Origin: Xylanibacter ruminicola 23
Lineage (GTDB): Bacteria; Bacteroidota; Bacteroidia; Bacteroidales; Bacteroidaceae
Direction: 5' to 3'
DNA: 32,000 nucleotides
Assembly: GCF_000025925.1 (NCBI RefSeq)
Contig: NC_014033.1
Coordinates: forward strand, 3,030,001-3,062,000
Shown here: piece after piece, positions 17,087 to 22,526 of the stretch
Layout of the letters: the number at the start of each line of letters is the position of its first letter
Numbering within the stretch: position 1 is the first letter of the stretch
The notes under the pieces: model-generated
Seen by the model: the letters and a program-made list of their open reading frames with translations, nothing else
Databases searched by the model: none
What the model was told of the DNA's origin: nothing
Position numbers and translations under genes: made by a program

Positions 17087-18451
17087 ATGATTACTAAGAA
17101 TATATCAAAATATCTCGCCATGTTCTTCATGGTTTGCGGCATGGCTGCTAATACAGCTTGCACATCTGATGAGGATCCGTTCTTCACGGCTGGCGAGGAC
17201 GATTATCCCCGTATCCTGAATACGGATATCCCCGAAGGTAAGGGTGGCGAGCCTGGCGTGCTCATGACCATCGAGCGCACCCAGAACTTCCAGTTCGACG
17301 TAATGGTTACCCCCGTTAAGTACACCACCGTTACCTGGCTTATCGACGATGAGCAGGTAGCCGAAGGTCTTTCTATCGACACACCTGTACTGGCTGGCGA
17401 GCACATCGTAAAGATTGTAGCAGCTACCACTAAGGGGCTTGAAACCTCACGTACCTGCAAGCTCGTTGTTCTGCCTGCCGAGGGCGATCCCTCACTGGCC
17501 AGCGACGGCAAATCACGTTGGCTCACTATCGGTAGCACCAAAACTATCGATTGCACCAATGCTACTAACGTAACCAAGGTGTTCGTGGGCAAGCAGGAGG
17601 CTAGCAACGTATCGTTTGCAAACGGAAAACTTACCTTTACTGTTCCCAGCATGGCCGAGGGCGAGTACACTGTTGTTATCGAGGCCGATGGCGCACGTTA
17701 TGGTTGCGGCGTATTCACAGTCAGCAACACCGAGTATGTTGATCCAGGCGTAAAGGAGACTGTACTCTGGGAGGGTAGCACCGAGATTAACTGGGGCGAT
17801 GCAAACGTTACTGTCTCAGCTGCCGATATGGCTAATGTGCCTGTAGGCGCTACCATCCGTTTGGTTTACGAAATGGCCGATATGCCTGATGGTTATCATG
17901 CCCTGCGTATCACCACACCTTGGTGGGGCGATAATGCCGAGGATCAGATCGTAGCTCAGTTCGACCTCACAGCCGACACACCAAACCCATTCGAGTTCAC
18001 CTACACCGAAGCCAACAAGGCAATCGTAGATGAGCGTGGAGGTATGCTCATCGTAGGTTATGGTTACAAGCTTACAAAAGTGGTTGCTTTAGAAAATGTA
18101 GCTCCTGCCGAGACCACCCTTTGGGAAGGCGGCATCGAGATTAACTGGGGCGATGCAAACGTTACTGTCTCAGCTGCCGATATGGCTAATGTGCCTGTTG
18201 GCGCTACTGTGCATGTTTACTACCAGATGGCCGATATGCCTGATGGCTATCATGCCCTGCGTATCACCACACCTTGGTGGGGCGATAATGCCGAGGATCA
18301 GATTGTAGCTCAGTTCGATCTCACAGCCGACACCGCTAACCCATACGACTTTACCTACACCGAAGCCAACAAGGCAATTGTAGATGAGCGTGGCGGTATG
18401 CTCCTTGTAGGCTACGGTTACAAGCTTACCAAGGTAACATTCTCGAAGTAA
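17087..18451 (+). CDS. SusE/F-position surface lipoprotein with Ig-like domains and two tandem 118-aa putative glycan-binding modules
   Basis: Lipobox NTAC followed by the acidic stretch TSDEDP. It occupies the third position after SusC/SusD. Its C-terminal half is an internal tandem repeat. Confidence 0.7.
   Translation: MITKNISKYLAMFFMVCGMAANTACTSDEDPFFTAGEDDYPRILNTDIPEGKGGEPGVLMTIERTQNFQFDVMVTPVKYTTVTWLIDDEQVAEGLSIDTPVLAGEHIVKIVAATTKGLETSRTCKLVVLPAEGDPSLASDGKSRWLTIGSTKTIDCTNATNVTKVFVGKQEASNVSFANGKLTFTVPSMAEGEYTVVIEADGARYGCGVFTVSNTEYVDPGVKETVLWEGSTEINWGDANVTVSAADMANVPVGATIRLVYEMADMPDGYHALRITTPWWGDNAEDQIVAQFDLTADTPNPFEFTYTEANKAIVDERGGMLIVGYGYKLTKVVALENVAPAETTLWEGGIEINWGDANVTVSAADMANVPVGATVHVYYQMADMPDGYHALRITTPWWGDNAEDQIVAQFDLTADTANPYDFTYTEANKAIVDERGGMLLVGYGYKLTKVTFSK
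17756..18448 (+). repeat. In-frame tandem duplication (2 x 354/339 nt) inside the SusE/F-like gene
   Basis: Unit 1 is 17756-18109 and unit 2 is 18110-18448, a period of 354 nt (118 codons). There are identical runs of 62 nt and 56 nt (for example GAGATTAACTGGGGCGATGCAAACGTTACTGTCTCAGCTGCCGATATGGCTAATGTGCCTGT). Confidence 0.95.
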
Positions 18452-18481
18452 ATAAAACATCTATATTACCATGAAATTTCA

Positions 18482-18521
18482 AGGGCTGGTATTCCTCCAC
18501 ACGGATACCAGCCCTCATTTT
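18482..18521 (+). terminator. Terminator after SusE/F-like gene (end of PUL)
   Basis: An 11-bp stem, AGGGCTGGTAT (18482-18492) / ATACCAGCCCT (18505-18515), followed by CATTTTG. Confidence 0.6.
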
Positions 18522-18569
18522 GTTTAACCATTATATCACAACTTATTTTAAGGTGATAATTGCGAAATC

Positions 18570-18818
18570 TCTCAACCTCTCACTCAAATCTTCTGAAACA
18601 TGCATAAATACTGGGGATAGAGGAGGATGAGAGGTTTGCTAAACCTCTCACTAAAGCTCTCACTATACCTCTCACTTTTATATCAAAGATGACGAATGCT
18701 GAAACTTCTCATAGGGGGAGGTTGAGGGAGAGGTTAGGTGAGAGGTTGGAGCAACCTCTCATGTGGCTGAAATGCTTTGTATATAAAGGTTTCAAAGGTA
18801 TTGAGTGAGAGGTTGAGA
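18570..18818. repeat. Element R1: 249-bp word-built palindromic element (candidate structured RNA, inverton or DNA cruciform)
   Basis: Perfect 18-bp terminal inverted repeat, 18570-18587 / 18801-18818. About eleven copies of TGAGAGGTT/AACCTCTCA. Local hairpins at 18628-18650 and 18739-18761. Co-linear homologue at 21371-21677. Confidence 0.8.
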
Positions 18819-18824
18819 TGTTTT

Positions 18825-18860
18825 TGCAAAAAAATCATGCCACCATTAATGCTGGCATGA
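18825..18860 (-). terminator. Terminator of MACPF gene
   Basis: On the minus strand, an 8-bp stem (TCATGCCA/TGGCATGA, 18835-18842 / 18853-18860) is followed by T7 (complement of 18825-18834). Confidence 0.6.
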
Positions 18861-18949
18861 GTACTTATTAGATATGACTCCAGTACGCCTTAGGAAGTAC
18901 TGCAGTCCTCTTACTAAAGGACTCGAGTACTCCTACGGAAGGATTTTCA

Positions 18950-19999
18950 TTACAACTGATGGCTATGTATATATGCTTTGACAGCTCGCTGTACCTCAGT
19001 ACTTTTTGTTTTGTTGGTTATCAGTTGGTAGATCGGTATTACATCGTCGCCAGTCAGCAGTACGAGCGATAGATTATCGTTATTTGCTTGGTTCCACCAT
19101 TCAGCAATAGCTTTTGATGATTTCTCTTTGCTGAGAGGTAATTGAGCGAATTCAGTTGAAAGCCTTTGCGTGTTGCCACCATGACATTGTACTGATAGTG
19201 CGCCACCTTTTGTAGCTTTCGAATCGATAATTTTCCAATAAACGGGGTTATATACCTCGTTCATACGACGGAACATACTACATAAGAAGCAATCGTCATC
19301 GTTTGTATTTTCTTTCAGGCCAGAACGATAGAGTGATAGGATATTTATTCCCATAAGTGCACATTTGAGTACATGGGTGCCAAATCGTTCTACAATACGT
19401 TCAGCGCTTTCGTTTTCAAGTGCTTGTTTGAAATCATCAGTCAGGATACGGTCAATATATCGTTCAGTCGGTATCAGCAGTTTCTTTTCATATACGGCGT
19501 ATCTGTCCATATACATCATAAACGAGTAGTTATCGCTTCGCTCCTTGCTTTCCTTAAACAAAGGATTGCTTGTAAAAGTACCAGCGAAATATACGTCGCC
19601 TGGTTCGCCCTCGAGTGTAAATCCTTCTGCTCTACGCAAACCATCCAAGAAAGTCCATGAATACCCAATGCCACTTACCAGACTTCCTGTTCCGCTACTG
19701 GCCACAATAGATGTCATCTCGTCTGGTTCTATTTTGTTCAGGTCGATCACATTCTCGCGCAGGCATTCGTTGCTAAGATATGGCCCCGTTATATCGTAAC
19801 CTGAGCCCAGATATTCTTTTGCAGCAAGAGGCATATCGGCCGATAGGTTGGTGATGGTTTCCTCTTCGGGTACAGCAACTTCGCCCTTGTTAGTAGGGTC
19901 GTTATTATCTACGATATCTTCATTATTACTGCTGCAAGAGACGAGAGAGAAGGCAGTAAGCGCAATACATATTGTTCTCCTGAAATTAATTGTAATCAT
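18950..19999 (-). CDS. MACPF (perforin-like) domain lipoprotein, BSAP-like candidate pore-forming toxin
   Basis: Lipobox FSLVSC followed by SSNNEDIVDNND. The MACPF entry motif is YLGSGYDITG. The signature-like stretch FGTHVLKCALMGI compares with [YW]G[TS]H[FY]x6GG. The C-terminal ...VIPIYQLI is typical of bacterial MACPFs. Confidence 0.7.
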   Translation of the reverse strand: MITINFRRTICIALTAFSLVSCSSNNEDIVDNNDPTNKGEVAVPEEETITNLSADMPLAAKEYLGSGYDITGPYLSNECLRENVIDLNKIEPDEMTSIVASSGTGSLVSGIGYSWTFLDGLRRAEGFTLEGEPGDVYFAGTFTSNPLFKESKERSDNYSFMMYMDRYAVYEKKLLIPTERYIDRILTDDFKQALENESAERIVERFGTHVLKCALMGINILSLYRSGLKENTNDDDCFLCSMFRRMNEVYNPVYWKIIDSKATKGGALSVQCHGGNTQRLSTEFAQLPLSKEKSSKAIAEWWNQANNDNLSLVLLTGDDVIPIYQLITNKTKSTEVQRAVKAYIHSHQL

Positions 20000-20022
20000 A
20001 CCTTATATAATTGGTTATAGTG

Positions 20023-20030
20023 CAAAAGTA
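20023..20030 (-). promoter_or_regulatory. -7 box (TACTTTTG) for MACPF gene
   Basis: The reverse complement of 20023-20030 is TACTTTTG, 23 nt upstream of the start codon. Two ATCCCTAT direct repeats and an AGGGA-AA-TCCCT inverted repeat lie just upstream (20061-20095). Confidence 0.45.
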
Positions 20031-20108
20031 CTAATTTCTGTCAATACACAAAAAATAATATCCCTATAATTAATGAGGGAAATCCCTATTATTCTATTAT
20101 CAAGCGTG

Positions 20109-20990
20109 CTATATTCTAAAATACTTTAGCAGTTCTTTATACATATCTTGGGCTGTAAGACAAGTATCTGTAAGGTAGCCGTTAATATGTCCCCATTCTC
20201 GCAGACCTCTATAATAGAATATCTTCAAATCATCTGTAATAATGAATGGAACAATATTATTGGCTAGGCACTCCTTAAACATCAGCAATCGACCAACGCG
20301 ACCATTACCATCTTGGAAAGGATGAATCTGTTCAAGCCGCACATGGAAGTCAAGAATATCTTCGAATGATTTCTTGCCTTTATGATTATATTCATCCAAT
20401 AGGGTTTTCAACTGCTTGTGTACATCCTCTGGTGCACAAGTATCCTGTCCACCAACCTCGTTTGGTAATCGTTTATAATCGCCAACGGCAAACCAATCCT
20501 TACGACTATCAGAAGTTCCTGATTTCAGCAACAGATGCAGATGCTTTACCAGATTTTCTGTCAGTTTATCCTCTGTATGATCGATGATATAATCGATACA
20601 ACGGAAGTGATTAACTGTCTCTACAACGTCATCCACATTTATAGCGCTGTCAGTAACACCAATCGTATTAGTTTCAAAAATATATCGAGTCTGATCGTGG
20701 GTAAGCTTGCTACCTTCTATATGATTAGAGTTATAAGTAAGGTCTATCTGGGTGCGATGATAAATACCACCTTTTAGTTTCGATGCCTTCTGCTCTCTCA
20801 ACGCCTTAAGAAGTGGCGATACCTTTTTATTTTTCTCACCACGCTTGGGCAAAGCAGCATCTGCAGGAATATTCCAAGTCTTTCCTGTTAAGAAAGCCCC
20901 CTCTATCTTCCCTTGGGCACAATAATTTCGGGCCGTACGCTCAGAAATACCATACTTTTCTGCAAACTTACTAACTGATATATACTCCAT
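20109..20990 (-). CDS. Fic-family AMPylase with N-terminal HTH DNA-binding domain and intramolecular inhibitory motif (class II-like)
   Basis: Fic motif HPFQDGNGRVGR matches HxFx(D/E)GNGRxxR. The inhibitory motif SNHIEG matches (S/T)xxxE(G/N). The N-terminus ISVSKFAEKYGISERTARNYCAQGKI is a MerR/excisionase-type HTH. Confidence 0.85.
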   Translation of the reverse strand: MEYISVSKFAEKYGISERTARNYCAQGKIEGAFLTGKTWNIPADAALPKRGEKNKKVSPLLKALREQKASKLKGGIYHRTQIDLTYNSNHIEGSKLTHDQTRYIFETNTIGVTDSAINVDDVVETVNHFRCIDYIIDHTEDKLTENLVKHLHLLLKSGTSDSRKDWFAVGDYKRLPNEVGGQDTCAPEDVHKQLKTLLDEYNHKGKKSFEDILDFHVRLEQIHPFQDGNGRVGRLLMFKECLANNIVPFIITDDLKIFYYRGLREWGHINGYLTDTCLTAQDMYKELLKYFRI

Positions 20991-21001
20991 GTTTCAACGC
21001 T

Positions 21002-21068
21002 ATCGGCAAGTTTTTACGCCAATTCACGCCACAAATATATAACTTTTTGCCGATACCGGCAAGTTTTT
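21002..21068 (-). promoter_or_regulatory. HTH-Fic promoter (-7 TATATTTG) flanked by operator-like repeats
   Basis: The reverse complement of 21032-21039 is TATATTTG. A perfect palindrome TTGCCG-ATAC-CGGCAA lies at 21047-21062. The direct repeat CGGCAAGTTTTT occurs at 21004-21015 and 21057-21068. Confidence 0.5.
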
Positions 21069-21160
21069 GAAACAAAAACCACTAAATACTTCACTTTTTA
21101 ACTCAATGAATCATGGAGTCGGTTCCATGATTTCCAGTAAATTCGACAGAACGGCGTTTT

Positions 21161-21336
21161 TTGTTCCCAAGGTGGGAATGGATTGTTCCCTAACTGGGAA
21201 TAAAATGTTCCCTAGTTGGGAATAAAGTGTTCCAAAGAAGGGAATATCCCCTAAGGAATAGGTCGAACACCTTGTAGGCATAATCTGAATCACTTGTAGA
21301 CATAATCCGAATGACTCATAGAAATAACTCGAATAC
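21161..21336. repeat. Array of eight phased 22-bp tandem units (five palindromic TGTTCCC-N-TGGGAATA type, three CTTGTAGNCATAATCNGAATNA type)
   Basis: Unit starts are 21161, 21183, 21205, 21227, 21249, 21271, 21293 and 21315, an exact 22-bp register. The first four units each contain the inverted repeat TTCC(C)/GGGAA. Confidence 0.85.
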
Positions 21337-21370
21337 AATAACCTATTTTATATATAGTTTATCGAATTTT

Positions 21371-21677
21371 TCTCTCATCTCTCAACAAATCGCTCAAAAC
21401 CCGCATAAACACTAGGGATTCGAGCGATGAGAGATTCTAAAAATCCCTCCCTAATCTCTCACTAATCTCTCACCCGATCCCTCCAGACACACACACCTCA
21501 GCCAGATTTTAATATTTAAAGAAAAAACCGAAAATAATAGCCAAAAAACTTGCAAAACTTCCTGTGAGGGTTTCCTGAGAGATTGTTGAGAGATTAGGGA
21601 GAGATTCCAAAAATCTCTCACCCATCTCAAATCCTTTGTACACGGGCGTTTCGAGAGATTTCTTGAGAGATGAGAGA
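21371..21677. repeat. Element R2: 307-bp paralogue of R1 with all words switched to TGAGAGATT/AATCTCTCA
   Basis: The 29-nt terminal inverted repeat, 21371-21399 / 21649-21677, matches at 25 of 29 positions. Hairpins at 21428-21461 and 21599-21619. The unpaired cores shared with R1 are GCATAAAYACTRGGGAT and AAATSCTTTGTA. Confidence 0.8.
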
Positions 21678-21700
21678 TTTTTTAATATGATATAACAAAA

Positions 21701-21862
21701 GAAAGCCGCAACCCTGAAAAGGTTGCGGCTCTATTTATATAAGAGGTGTATCGCTTATGCGAATGGATTCTCTGTTGGGTAGTAATCGCCCTTGGGGAAG
21801 TTGTAGTCGATCTCGTCAACGGGGATACCCATGTACTTGAGAACCTCCCAGAGATACTTACC
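21701..21862 (-). pseudogene. Orphan duplicate of the terminator plus last ~36 codons of the isomerase-like gene (copy A of a direct repeat)
   Basis: Aligns with 25737-25893 at a constant offset of 4031 nt in the coding part. There is a 67-nt perfect block (21748-21814 = 25779-25845), then 5 mismatches in 48 nt. Similarity stops abruptly at 21862/25893. Confidence 0.85.
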
Positions 21863-21897
21863 CTGATGGCCGAGACAATTTTTCCGCCAATTATTTC

Positions 21898-21925
21898 TTT
21901 GTTTCAGAAAAAATCGTTAACTTTG
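21898..21925 (+). promoter_or_regulatory. Candidate promoter of the kinase module (-7 TAACTTTG)
   Basis: TAACTTTG at 21918-21925 and TTTG at 21898-21901, 46 nt upstream of the ATG at 21972. Confidence 0.45.
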
Positions 21926-21971
21926 CCAACCTAAAGTCAAACCATATAAAGTCACAGGTGGTGATTAGATA

Positions 21972-22526
21972 ATGAAACAAACAGAATTACTTTGCAAAAC
22001 TATTGAGCAAGCGCTTCATCAGGAGATACGCACGCCAAAAGATTTCGACCAGCTGAGAGAACGCATCTTTCTGCGATTACATCAGATGCTTAGTGCCACA
22101 ACCCTTAAACGTGTGTGGGGCTACTTAGACAATGAGGGCGAACCAAGCGTGAGAACACTCGATACCTTAGCCCAGTTCATTGGTTACAAGAACTATCAGG
22201 CGTTTTGCATGCACTCTCCTGCTGATGGCATGGAGCCAAGTAATCTGGCCATGAATCGCCATCTGGATGTAAATGCCGACCTTGCTGTGGGAGAATGCTT
22301 AACACTCTATTGGCTACCTGACAGAGTGTGTCATATCCGCTATGAGGGCGATATGCGTTTTGTGGTTACAGCATCAGAGAACACTCGTCTGAAAGCAAAC
22401 GATACCTTTTGCTGTAGTCTGATTATCGAAGGTGAGCCACTATATCTTAGTCAGTTGCAACAGGGCGATCAGGAACAAACCAATTATGTTTGTGGCAAAC
22501 GGGGAGGCATTAGATATGAGCGATGA
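21972..22526 (+). CDS. Hypothetical 184-aa protein, possible N-terminal HTH-like region; translationally coupled to the kinase
   Basis: ATG start with a promoter-like box upstream. The N-terminal helical segment ...SATTLKRVWGYLDNEGEPSVRTLDTLAQFIGYKNYQAFC resembles HTH modules seen at N-termini of Bacteroidetes signalling proteins (from memory). The stop (22524-22526) overlaps the kinase ATG (22516) by 11 nt. Confidence 0.55.
   Translation: MKQTELLCKTIEQALHQEIRTPKDFDQLRERIFLRLHQMLSATTLKRVWGYLDNEGEPSVRTLDTLAQFIGYKNYQAFCMHSPADGMEPSNLAMNRHLDVNADLAVGECLTLYWLPDRVCHIRYEGDMRFVVTASENTRLKANDTFCCSLIIEGEPLYLSQLQQGDQEQTNYVCGKRGGIRYER

Noticed and set aside
18626-18691. Short ORF inside R1 (MRGLLNLSLKLSLYLSLLYQR)
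   Set aside because: The corresponding frame in R2 gives an unrelated 12-aa peptide. Conservation between the copies is at the level of pairing and words, not codons.
21161-21336. Possibility that the 22-bp array is a CRISPR array
   Set aside because: The units are contiguous with no spacers, the repeat is too short, and no cas genes are present.
21111-21338. 75-aa minus-strand ORF
   Set aside because: It lies entirely over the 22-bp repeat array. The 22-nt period is not a multiple of three, so the repeats are not reflected in the peptide. It is most likely non-coding.
21487-21496. (AC)5 microsatellite in the centre of R2 as a slipped-strand phase switch
   Set aside because: It has only five units and lies in a non-coding, non-promoter segment. 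It is too short to argue for contingency behaviour.
21746-21934. Plus-strand ORF sharing its N-terminus (MYRLCEWILCWVVIALGEVVVDL) with the ORF at 25750-26004, which looks like a duplicated small gene
   Set aside because: Both are antisense shadows of the duplicated 3' end of the isomerase-like gene. The conservation is explained by the direct repeat, not by a coding function.
22432-22515. Upstream GTG-initiated extension of the kinase ORF
   Set aside because: It would overlap the preceding ORF by 95 nt. The ATG at 22516 gives the usual short coupling overlap and a sensible kinase N-terminus.
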